DNA of 47,296 bases from Chromera velia (lineage: Eukaryota). The notes below the pieces were generated by a model. That model saw only the letters and a program-made list of their open reading frames with translations, did not search any database and was not told the DNA's origin. The DNA lies in contig JAHBMJ010000459.1 in the NCBI GenBank assembly GCA_018398765.1, forward strand, positions 1-47,296, given 5' to 3'. This document shows positions 12,287-22,661 of the stretch, piece by piece (position 1 is the stretch's first letter; each line of letters begins with the position of its first letter). Position numbers and translations under genes: made by a program.

Positions 12287-15259
12287 CTACTTTTGATACC
12301 GCACACATACATTTGCAAACTGTTTCCCAATGTGTTCACTCGACACATCGAGCCTCCAGTCAAGGAGACGAAAGGGTCGAGACTTTTGTTTTGCAATAGG
12401 GGTTGAAAGAAAATCCAGATAGAACCCTTGCACACCAGTCCTGCATGCCTTTGAGGTGACAATGCCTTCGTCAATCAACACTTTCTCGGGAATCAGATAA
12501 AAAAACGGGTGGACAGTGCTACTCTTAGGCCGAGAGGCAGGCGCGCGCTCTTGTAGTTGGGTCTGAAATTCTGTGTCAGACTCGTCCATGATACACACTT
12601 TCTTTGGATGCGTCCGATTCTGCGGTGACCCAACGAGCAAAAAATCGAAATCGCCCTCTTGGTAAGGTTGTTTTTGCATTTTGACGCTTTTACGTGAATC
12701 TGTTAGAGCAAGAGCACTTCGAGACAGCCATCGGGAGCTTTTCAGCTGCACCCTCTGCCATGCCATTGAAGGATGATCATGAAGGCGAATCTCGAGATCG
12801 TAAGTGAGGGAAGGACATGGATTATGTCGCTTCACCTCTACCCCTCCTGGAACGGCTTCAAAGAGCTTCAAGCACTCGCTTCGCATTTCCCACTCCACGA
12901 GATGGCTCTTCCCCTGTTGCGACTTCAGGGCTTGTAAATTCTGCAGCTGGTAGGAGCCAACTTGATTCTTCGCTTCTTGCCAAATTGAATGAAGAACTTG
13001 TCCTACGTAACGAGTACCGATGCAGTTCTGATCAAAGCTGCATCTGCTTTCGGCTGTGTCATGTTTCCCCCCCTCGGTAATGGTCAGCTTCCCTGGGTTT
13101 TTGAATGTCATGAAACGGTCGCCGGGAAAGAGCCACACTCTCGGAATAAGTGAATCCTTCTCGAGAGAAACACACACAATGGGAAAACCCGCGTATCCTT
13201 TCACGTGATGGAAGTCCCAAGACAAGGAAGCTTTTCTATGGGAACCCCGTGTTGTTGATTTAATTTGCACTGGCAGCCAGAGATCTTCGGTGCTGCCGAG
13301 CGGGCGTACTGCAAGATCTGCTTTTGCAAAAACAGGCAGTTGCAGGGCGGGCTCTTCAAGCCCTGCAAAGCCAGCTGTGGGGTGAAAAGTCTTTCGGATT
13401 AAAACGGCAGCAGCTCGCTCCACCGCATGACGTTCGTGGAGAGAGAGGGGTTTGCGGTCGGAAAGAACGGAGAATGATTCCCTTGAAGCATTGTCCAAAC
13501 ATACTGGTGACTGGACATAATCATCAGGAGACAAACACACAGCTTCTGTCTCGACAGCTTCTTTTATAAAACTTAAAGTTTCTATCATTTCAAAGGCCTT
13601 TTTTGGAATTTCTGCCTGGGGCAACTCGGTTTTGGATGCTTTTGAGGCCCCTGGGGTTTCTGGTCCCTCTCTGACTGGAATCCGATGAAGACCCCCATTT
13701 CTCTCTCCCTCTCCTGCTTTGTAAAGATTTCTAATGCTCCTCTGTCCACACGAGTTCAGGACCTCAGAGATCTGTGCTGCTGCTATTGTTGGATTGGATG
13801 CATCAAATCTCCATTTGAGAAGACGAGTGGAACGAAATTTGGGGTCTGGCGCTTTTGCGTTTGGCTCTGACTCAGAAAAGTCGAGGCAGAAAGTTCTAAC
13901 TCCTCTCGCCCCCCCTCTCTCTGTCGATACAACCCCTTCGTTCAAAAGATCCTCCATTGGTATGAGATAAAAAAACCGTCCCAAAAATGGAGCAGATGGG
14001 TTGTTTGCTACTCCTTCTTGACCATAAGCCACCCTATTCCAGTTTTGAGGAGGATTAACCAAAAAAAGGTCGAAGTCATTTTGCCTGTACGGGACCCACT
14101 GACGGTTCATCATTTTTTGTGAGTCAACAAAGGCAAAGCGATACGCCCCATTGATTCTAGCACTCTTTAGTTGCACTCTCAACCACTCCATCTCTGGACT
14201 TTTTGTGAGGCGGATCTCAAAATCGTGGGGGAGAAGTGGGGAAGGGGCCTGTCGGACCTCAACCCCAAAGGGAAGACTTTCGCACAATTGTCGAAATCTT
14301 TGAAATGCTCTCCACTCTGCAAGATGATTAGCACTTAGCTGGGTTTGTAAGGTGCGTAGGCTGCAGAGACGATAGAAGCTCTTCCCTCTTCCTGCTTCCT
14401 CCCAAATCTCACGCAGCCATTCTCCCACGTGGCGCCCGTATCGGCAATCACGAGTGAAACTGCCCCTGCTCTTCTCTGTGTCGTATTTACCACCCTCCGT
14501 GATTCGTATTCCCGATTTCATATGAAAGAGGGTATCGCCAGGAAGGAGCCACACTCTCGGAGGGCGCTGACTTACCATTTCCAGAGAGACGCAGGCAACG
14601 GACATGCCACCGTAGCCTCCCAAATCACTGAAACTCCAAAAACGCCCTCGCCGCCCCCCCCCCGGTATTTCAGTTGACTGTGAGGTAGATTTCACCTGTA
14701 TCGCCAGCCAAAGGTCTGCCACACTCCCTGCAGGTCTGACTGCCAAGTCAGCTCGAGCAAAGTGTGGCAGAGGTTCGGGGGGTTCTTCAAGGCCTTGAAA
14801 CCCAGGGGAAGAAGGAAAGGTCTCGCGGAGAAGAGAAACGGCAGCTTGCTCCATTTCATGCCGATTGTGCAGCCTCGGAAGACTGGTGGCGCGCTCATTG
14901 CATGTACAAATACCTGTTTTTTGTGGCGCTTCTGTGCACACCGAGAACCCTGGAAAGCTGGTGCTTTCAGAGTGCCTACTTAGGACAACCCGGAGTTCAC
15001 TCCTTGAGGAGGGCTTTGCAATCTTTCCTGTGGCATCTTTCGATGGGGCGGCATCTACTTCACACGAATGAAATACGTGAGAGGGGAAGCAGGTTCCTCG
15101 CACGTAAGTGAGAGAGGTGGTGGAAGCTAGACTGGAAACGGAGATGCCTCCGTTGAGCTGAGTGTTGTTTGCACGGACACTCAATGTCCCACCAAAAGGC
15201 CGCAAGGAGCGCACCAGTGCAAAAAAATCTTGCTTCAGCCGACTGCCAATGGATCTCAT
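12287..15259 (-). CDS. Intronless protein with two tandem ~380-aa modules, each carrying two PD-(D/E)xK-like (E..D..QxK) endonuclease folds; possible mitochondrial presequence
   Basis: The ORF is uninterrupted for 3.1 kb, with the first in-frame ATG at 15259 (~990 aa). Module A (14872-13748) aligns end to end with module B (13441-12290). Motifs: RADLAVR..WLAIQVKS, PHDFEIR..RVQLKS..PYRQNDFD..FYLIP, KADLAVR..LPVQIKS and TYDLEIR..RVQLKS..PYQEGDFD..FYLIP. Confidence 0.8.
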   Translation of the reverse strand: MRSIGSRLKQDFFALVRSLRPFGGTLSVRANNTQLNGGISVSSLASTTSLTYVRGTCFPSHVFHSCEVDAAPSKDATGKIAKPSSRSELRVVLSRHSESTSFPGFSVCTEAPQKTGICTCNERATSLPRLHNRHEMEQAAVSLLRETFPSSPGFQGLEEPPEPLPHFARADLAVRPAGSVADLWLAIQVKSTSQSTEIPGGGRRGRFWSFSDLGGYGGMSVACVSLEMVSQRPPRVWLLPGDTLFHMKSGIRITEGGKYDTEKSRGSFTRDCRYGRHVGEWLREIWEEAGRGKSFYRLCSLRTLQTQLSANHLAEWRAFQRFRQLCESLPFGVEVRQAPSPLLPHDFEIRLTKSPEMEWLRVQLKSARINGAYRFAFVDSQKMMNRQWVPYRQNDFDLFLVNPPQNWNRVAYGQEGVANNPSAPFLGRFFYLIPMEDLLNEGVVSTERGGARGVRTFCLDFSESEPNAKAPDPKFRSTRLLKWRFDASNPTIAAAQISEVLNSCGQRSIRNLYKAGEGERNGGLHRIPVREGPETPGASKASKTELPQAEIPKKAFEMIETLSFIKEAVETEAVCLSPDDYVQSPVCLDNASRESFSVLSDRKPLSLHERHAVERAAAVLIRKTFHPTAGFAGLEEPALQLPVFAKADLAVRPLGSTEDLWLPVQIKSTTRGSHRKASLSWDFHHVKGYAGFPIVCVSLEKDSLIPRVWLFPGDRFMTFKNPGKLTITEGGKHDTAESRCSFDQNCIGTRYVGQVLHSIWQEAKNQVGSYQLQNLQALKSQQGKSHLVEWEMRSECLKLFEAVPGGVEVKRHNPCPSLTYDLEIRLHDHPSMAWQRVQLKSSRWLSRSALALTDSRKSVKMQKQPYQEGDFDFLLVGSPQNRTHPKKVCIMDESDTEFQTQLQERAPASRPKSSTVHPFFYLIPEKVLIDEGIVTSKACRTGVQGFYLDFLSTPIAKQKSRPFRLLDWRLDVSSEHIGKQFANVCVRYQK

Positions 15260-16162
15260 CTGCAGAAGGGTGCTCGCTAGACGTCGGATGAGGGATGGCT
15301 GCGGATCAAGCTTATTCGCTCCTCGAAATGAATCCCTTATATACCATGCCACGGCAAGTGTTTCTCGGCTCAACTCCTTTGCCACCAAAACATGCTTGAA
15401 GAGTCTAAAATTCCGCGAGGCCTATACAGAGATTGAAAGGACTGTCGCTCGAGGGCAGGCAGCACGTTTTCGAATCAGGCCTCTCACTGGCTCGGGGTCC
15501 TGATCATTGAGAACGTACGGCTGTACACGTATATACGTGTCAGAGCATGCAGGAAAGGAACCACTGCCTAGCTGCATGAATCTGTTGCAGTATTCTTGTG
15601 TTGCAAAACTCTCCGCGCGTCCGCTGCGCAATTAAGGTGTTTCACGCTTGCCTTAATCATGTGTTGCGCGTGCATGCATGTTGCAAGCACTCCGCGAACA
15701 TGCATGCAGTCTTGCAAACGCGATATATATGTATGCAGTCGATCAGACCCCAATGATGCATGCATGCATGTTAGTTCGATTGAACCCAATTAAACCCTAT
15801 AGCTATCAAGCAAGTCCATGAATCTGCACCCAAAACGTCTACAGCAATCTTTGAAGCTGCGCAGCGATGAACTTTGACAGCGCTCACACGCTGTCAGAAA
15901 GTACATACGTACACATCCTCTTTGACAGAGAGGAACTCTTCACTAACAACAGCAGCCAGGTATACACCCCCTACTTACTTGGCGCCGTTTGTCCGATCTA
16001 ACTCTTTCCGCATTTCTCTGCTACAACGCCCAACACCTGACTACCACATCTACATTTAACTTCCCCTGGTGCAGACCATACATCAAAGTGTAAACTGGCA
16101 TCAAAGTGTAAACTGGCTTTTCGCCTTCCTTGTTCTATCTATATATACATCTCGGAAGAAAC

Positions 16163-17060
16163 ATGATGAAGTGCAAAAAGAGTGGCGGAGATTGGGGATA
16201 CGGAGTAGGGGGGTGTTGGAATGTCAATAAAGACTGTACATGGTGTACTCCTTTTCCGATGAGCAGGTATTCTGCATCTTTAAGGCAGACTTCTTCGGTC
16301 ACCAGCAGTCAACCCTCGGCAAGAAGGTGCGAATGGATTGGTGGATGCACAAGCGCTGCCGAACCAGGCATTCAGCACTGCTATTTTCACTACAGGCTCG
16401 TCAGGAACAATGGGAACCTCCCCCAGAACTGGTAAAAGCCACGAACTTGTGGAGTTCAATTGCGTGGAAGAATAAGCGCTCGCCCTTGAGAAGGCCCGCA
16501 GTATTGCAAAGCTACACGTAATTTGGATGGACTGCATGTGCGAGTTTTGGACCCTGAGTGGCTTTCTTCTTCTTGAACTGGAAATCCTGAAATGGATTTT
16601 TCTGACGCAGTGTCTTCTTGTTCTGTAATGGCATGGGCGATTGAAAACTGGAGTGGGAATACGCATAGGGGCTTTCGTGCATGCTTTGTGAAACAACCCT
16701 TCTCTGCCATACACCTGTCTTTCGTGTCTGTGCGTGATCTATTTGGGGTCGTTTAAACATTACTGAAGATGCACAGGAAACGTGCAAGTGGAAAGCTGAA
16801 ACCGAAAAGATCAATCCGACATCAGAGTCAAGAGGTGTTTCTGCGTTTTTTTGCATGCGTGAGAGCGATGTGAGAACGAGCCATTGGTAGAGACAAATTG
16901 AATGTGGAAGTAGAGAGCCGAAACGAAAAAGAGCAATCCGATCTCAGAGTCAGAAGCCTGACAATGTGGGAGCGATGTGAAATAAGGACAATGCGCAAAG
17001 AGAAAGCTGAAAGAGAAATGGTCCATCCGATCTCAGAGCCAGTCTCAGAGTCAGCTGTCT
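16163..17060 (+). pseudogene. Possible decayed gene with a Cys/His zinc-finger-like motif and three peptide repeats
   Basis: RCEWIGGCTSAAEPGIQHCYFHYRLVRNNG is followed by stops. The three nucleotide repeats translate to KAETEKINPTSES, RAETKKSNPISES and KAEREMVHPISEP in different frames. Confidence 0.35.
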
Positions 17061-17366
17061 CACGCTGTATCACGCTGAAGGTGTTTCTCTGTCTTTTTGA
17101 CTCAGAATACATGACGCCTTCTCGAAGAAAAACATGTTTAAATTCCGTTTATCATTCAGATTTGAAGGTAGAAGTATTGAACTTCAAATGTATTCCTAAC
17201 TGTAACCGTGTAACGCTACATATAAATTTTGTTTCAAAGTTGTACTCTTATCACTCTAGTTATCACTTTAATATTATTTTCATCATATGTTTAGATAATC
17301 TTATGTATAATATGCAAAAGATTATGTTTGATTAAATTGAATTATTTCAGTGAGGAGCATATCTTT

Positions 17367-18475
17367 ATATATATAGCGACGCATAATATAGTGTAGTAAA
17401 CCAATATCAAAGGATTCTTTCTAATTCTTTCAGAATTGAAACTATTAAAACTGTGAAATGCTTTGTCCCTCCTATCCAGTCACCTTCTGGCGTCCAGACA
17501 GAAGGTAAAGCGAGGATAAGAACCTTAGGAAGATCTAGAGAAGGAACGTGAGCAACACTCAGTCAGGCAACAGTTTACAGAAGGTTTGTCCCTACATCAG
17601 TTTAAGTTCTAGCGCGATCTGGTATTCTAATCAGCTGAATTCATTCTATTATACACGGCTTCTGCTCATTCCTCTCTCTCTCAGACTCCAGAGCTCTCTT
17701 GATCTATGACAAACAGACATCAGACTCAAACGATGCTATCCGTTGCTCGAGTAACATGTTGCATGCTTGAATACGAAGGTCAGACTCGATCGATTTCAAT
17801 AACTTTGATCGATGCGCGCGACACGTACGAAACAAAGCACGGCAGCGGAGCCTGGCGTCAGCATGCAGGCTCATTCAGATACAGCGCATACGAGGGTCCA
17901 GAGGGTGGCGCCACAGGGTAGGACTCCATAGAAATTTACTTATTATTTATTAAAAATGTTATTTTACTCTTTATGGTTTCAAATTAATACAATCTTTTTC
18001 ATGATGATAATTATTCATTGCTAGATTGATTGCTAGTGATTGATCAATATTTAATTTATAGGAGTTCACTGTAATAGTCCGTTCACTATTAACTTCAAGT
18101 TCAAGTCTAGCTTCAAGTTTTAACAGTTAAAATTTAAAAACCAGTTTTTTTAAAAAGTATATATATAGCGACGCATAATATAGCGTAGTAAACCAATATC
18201 AAAGGATTCTTTCTAATTCTTTCAGAATTGAAACTATTAAAACTATGAAATTTACTTATTATTTATTAAAAATGTTATTTTACTCTTTATGGTTTCAAAT
18301 TAATATAATCTTTTTCATGTTGATAATTATTCATTGCTAGATTGATTGCTAGTGATTGATCAATATTTAATTTACAGGAGTTCACTATAATAGTGCGTTT
18401 ACTATTAACTTTAAGTTCAAGTCTAGCTTCAAGTTTTAACAGTCATAATTTAAAAACCAGTTTTTTAAAAAAGTG
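17367..18475. repeat. Tandem duplication of a ~317-bp AT-rich unit; copy 1 is interrupted by an insertion
   Basis: 17367-17459 plus 17931-18158 is nearly identical to the contiguous 18159-18475. Confidence 0.93.
17459..17930. mobile_element. ~472-bp insertion with a 4-5-bp TSD (GAAA/GAAAT), solo-LTR-like
   Basis: The filled site reads ctgtGAAA|tgctttgtccct...ggactccata|GAAAtttac. The empty site in the duplicate reads ctatGAAAtttac. The element starts with TG, ends with CATA and has no coding capacity. Confidence 0.7.
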
Positions 18476-18571
18476 TATTAAAAGCAGTTATTGCCAAAAA
18501 GTAACTAGTTATATTGCAAACGTAGATTAACCTTATAATTGAACATATTTAGGAACTATAGTCCACTACTA

Positions 18572-19151
18572 TAGTGTTAGGAAAAGGTTCAAGGTTCAAG
18601 GTTCACTTCGAAGTAATGAACCTGAATCAGGTTCAAAAACAGGTTTAAAAACAGGTTCACTTTTAATTAATAGAAACCTCATTTTTTTATGTTATTTTAT
18701 GCCTTTAAATTAGGCTTTAATGCATTTTTAGAACGTTTTATTATAGAATCTATGCCTTAGTAGTGTTTTTGAATAGTTTAAATCAATATTTACGCTCACA
18801 TTAGGTGCTAGTCTCAAGTTATTCACTGTTTATAGTCGAAAATTAGTAATCAAAAAAGCCTGAAAAAATTGGAAAATACCATAATTAAATTTATATAATC
18901 GTATCAATCATGATAATTTAGTCAACACAAGACCGTCACAGCTTTTTTTTCTTTTTTTCATCTGCTCACCGGTTGCCCTGCGGCTCCGGCTCCTTATTTC
19001 GGGCGGCGCAGGCCTGGCCGGCTTTGTACCAGTGGCCGCGCATCTGGCCTTCAAAACAGGTTCAAAACAGGTTCAACAGGTTCAAAACAGGTTCAACAGG
19101 TTCACCTTTTCAGATTTGAACCTTTTTTCAATGAACCTTTTCCCAGCCCTA
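18572..19151. mobile_element. Non-autonomous hAT-superfamily DNA transposon (MITE), 580 bp
   Basis: The TIRs are TAGTGTTAGGAAAAGGTTCA and (reverse complement) TAGGGCTGGGAAAAGGTTCA. The 8-bp TSD CACTACTA is perfect (18564-18571 and 19152-19159). Many subterminal AGGTTCA/TGAACCT repeats occur at both ends. Confidence 0.92.
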
Positions 19152-19509
19152 CACTACTAGACCTCGTACCTCTGAGTAGTACCTATAGCGTTATAGTTAA
19201 TGTACGTTTGATCGAGTTCTATTTTGAGTTGCCCTATATACAAAAAAGATCATCATCATCATCAATTCAGAAATATTTTAATGGTATGTAAGAAATATGT
19301 ATGGAAAACAAATAGTAGTACTATCTAGATGATACGTGAAAGCTCCAAACAATGATTGCCAAAGAAATTGATTTACGTCGATTGATTGCTTGATCAGCGG
19401 ATTGATACATTACAAACTGATCAAATTCAACCAGATCTTGTGCCTTTGTAGCCGTTTCTCTAGGTTTCTCTTTGGTACATCCATGACGGCTCAGCCCGTA
19501 AGGTTGCTC

Positions 19510-20702
19510 TCACATGTTGAGTCTTGTGACGCGTCCCCTCGTCGCCATCTGTTCACTCAACGAGAGGACCACCAACGCTGCACAGGGGCGACAAAAAAGG
19601 GGGATACAAATGCAACAATGAATGGAAATGACCGCCTTAGTGCGATTGTGAAAGTGGGGGAAACACGAGAGCAGAATGTCAAACAAATGCAACAGTACCA
19701 GGTACGCTACGAAGACAAATGACAAATGTAGCGAGATCAAGTCTGCGACAAAATACAAACATGCTGGGACGCTGTCGATACTGCATGCGTCTGTTCACTT
19801 TGCCGCATGCTTCCTTAAGCCCGCAGCCTGGTCCACAAGTGGGAATATTGAACAGACTCACCAAGTACACATGCGCTGTTTATTCTGAAACGGTGCCAGT
19901 AGAACCTGTGTGCACAAAGAAAGACGGGGGTGCGCACGAGGCGACATGGCAACACCCACCTCAGCGGATTGGGGCGAATCTTGGGCAGTCCGAAAATAAG
20001 AGCTCGGTGTTCTCGACCACAATCCAGGTACCGAAACAGAAAACAAAAGAGCAGAGGACACGAGGCGGAGAGAGGCGACCGAAGGAAAATCAGACGGAGA
20101 GGAGAAAAGAACAAAACACAGAAAGGAACGGAGAGACAAGAGAAGGCAGGAACACACGCTGTGAAGTTGATTGACAAGGCGAGACAGACTCATGAGGAAA
20201 GAGGGCAAAACACAAGGCCAAGGCAGAGGTGTCTGCGAACGCATTGAAACGCAGCCGGCAGGAGGTGCGACTGTGCGTGCACACTGCAGTGCTGACCGAC
20301 CAAGGGGGCACAATGCATTCAAGGAGAAAAAAAAAAAATGGCTGACCAAGGGGGCACAATGCATTCAAGGAGAAAAAAAAAAAAAAGGCTGACCAAGGGG
20401 GCACAATGCAGAATTCGTAGGCGTAGTAGTCGGCAGCTGCGCGGAGGTCAGCCGGTAATTTATTCATTGACTCTCTCACTCACTCACCCACTCATTCATT
20501 CTTTCATTCAGTCGAGCGGGCGTAAAACAAAAAACCGACGAGATGCGGAGCAAGCTCTGTTCTTCTTTATTCCGTTCTTCCTTCGGTTGTTTGCATGTTC
20601 TTTTCCTCCTTCCCCCCTTTTTTCCTCCCGTTCAGCTTACTCCATGCCCTTCGATCACCCGGCCTACCGAAGGAATCTCGGCCCAGAGAGAGAAAGAGAA
20701 AA

Positions 20703-20737
<35 letters not shown>

Positions 20738-22604
20738 AAGCATGCACACTCTCTACCAGACGAGCACGGGACAGTAGCAAAAGAGCAGATGCACGGACAG
20801 AGGTAATCAAGGAGAAGGGGGGAGAGAAGTGGAGGTGCAGAGAGAGACGGAAGCAGAGCCCGCGCGTGCACTTGCAGTCTGAAAACTCAAAGGAAACAAG
20901 GAAGTGACGACGGGGACGGAGAGAGAGGAAACACAAACAAGGCAGACTGGTTCTGAGCGGAAAGTGGTTGCTGTAATCGAGTGAGAACAAGACACGGAGT
21001 CAAAAGAGCAAGAAACAACTACAGTGAAGCAGAAAGGAGGCGCCATCCAGAGAGGACAGAGACGTTTCTCCTCCTGTTGAAAGAAACGAGAATGACGAAG
21101 AGAAAGATCATGCACTCTGTCATGCATTCCCTTCCTTTGCAAGCATCCCCTTGCCAGCCAGCCAGCCAGCCAGGGGCAAGAAGAGAAGAAGCAGAGCATG
21201 GAAGGGACGGGATGGCGAGGGAAGAGAAGCAGAGTGACCGGGGAAACGGGGAGCGAGGGCCATTTATACATCATGAAATAGTCCATTCAGAAAATCGAGA
21301 CACACCAAGAAGAGTGATGAATTGGGCGCCTAGTGTGATGACAGCCTCAAATGGCGTTTGGCTTTCCATCTTGCCTGCATAGGGAAAAAAAGGAGGAAAT
21401 TTTAGATGCATATGCCCAAAACCAATCATTAAAGGAAGGTTAGTACAAGCAGAAACCTGAACAGCTAGGAGGGAAAGAAAAAGGCAGAAAGTGAAAACGA
21501 GACGAACGGCCGTGCGAGAGAGAGAAGCGGGGGGGGGCGTGCGCTAAGAGAGAGAAAAAGAACAGGAATTTAGACAGCACGACGCAGCGGACACTACGAG
21601 AAAGAGGTGGAGCACGGAAGACACACAGAGTAGAGGAAGAAGGGACAGCAACAAGGAAAGGAGAAGATATTGCGGAGCAGTGGGTAGACGCGTGAGATGG
21701 CTGGACCTCAGGACTGGAAGCAAGGAAGGGGCGATGGGATGCAGAAAGAATCACAGGACTGATGGAGAGAGCGACAGGGAAACAGCTAGACAGATACCGC
21801 GTGCACACAGAGAGAGATCTTTCGGATCGATGGACTCACGGCTACTGTACACGGCAAAGCAGAGGGTCCACAGAGGGTAAACGTATCTGAACAGGTTGTA
21901 CATCCACTTCCTCTTCGTCTGCAGATTGATTTTAAGAAACGGCAGGAGTGAGAAAAAGCGCCAGAAGGAATAACTATCGGACAGGTGGGCAGATGTACAC
22001 AGCACAGCAGACAGTGGCGGGCAAAGATACGCCATATTCAAGAAAGGTGGACTCTCATGGGAGGTCTGCAGGTCTTATGCTGCAAGAAGGCCTAACTTCA
22101 GGTTCAAACAAAGCCAGGCAAGGATCGACGGATCGTATCTATACGCGGAAGTGCGCAAGAGAGACCGTACATCCAACAGCACGGGAGCAAAATCGAAGAA
22201 TAAGATTTCCATTCATCATGCAGTAAAAAGAAAGTAGCAGTGCTTGACGGGGGACTCACCTGGGGAGGGAGCGCAAATTCACTCAACCCCAAGCCGACGT
22301 GCACTGCAGCCTGAGGGAGGGGGGGGGAAGATGGACGAGGAAGAAGTGAATGAACCATGCAGCCAAATACCATCCCAGCGCAATGGGTGAAGCAGTGAAA
22401 TAGCTTCTTGGTGCAAGATCTCGAGAAACAAAGTCAACTTGAAGACAACAAACGTACTGTTTTCGTTCTCCTTCATTCCCTCCTGCTTTCTCCCTTTTCT
22501 TCTGTACGAACCTGGAAGGTAATCAGGGCACAAGCATAGTGAATACACGCGTTCAAGGAATCCCGAGCCCACCCCTTCAGAGAGGTTCCTGAGAAGGCAC
22601 GTGA

Positions 22605-22661
<57 letters not shown>

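Noticed and set aside
15260..15388. N-terminal extension of the 1033-aa ORF from a TTG start (similarly 43023-43061)
   Set aside because: Non-ATG starts are an ORF-finder artefact for a eukaryotic nuclear gene; the first ATG was used.
16792..17045. Repeat-spacer pattern resembling a CRISPR array
   Set aside because: Only three degenerate units with unequal, partly homologous spacers, no cas genes and a eukaryotic context.
17906..17925. TGGCGCCACAGGGTAGGAC as a retroviral primer-binding site
   Set aside because: It lies inside the insertion rather than just after an LTR end, and I cannot match it to a tRNA 3' end.
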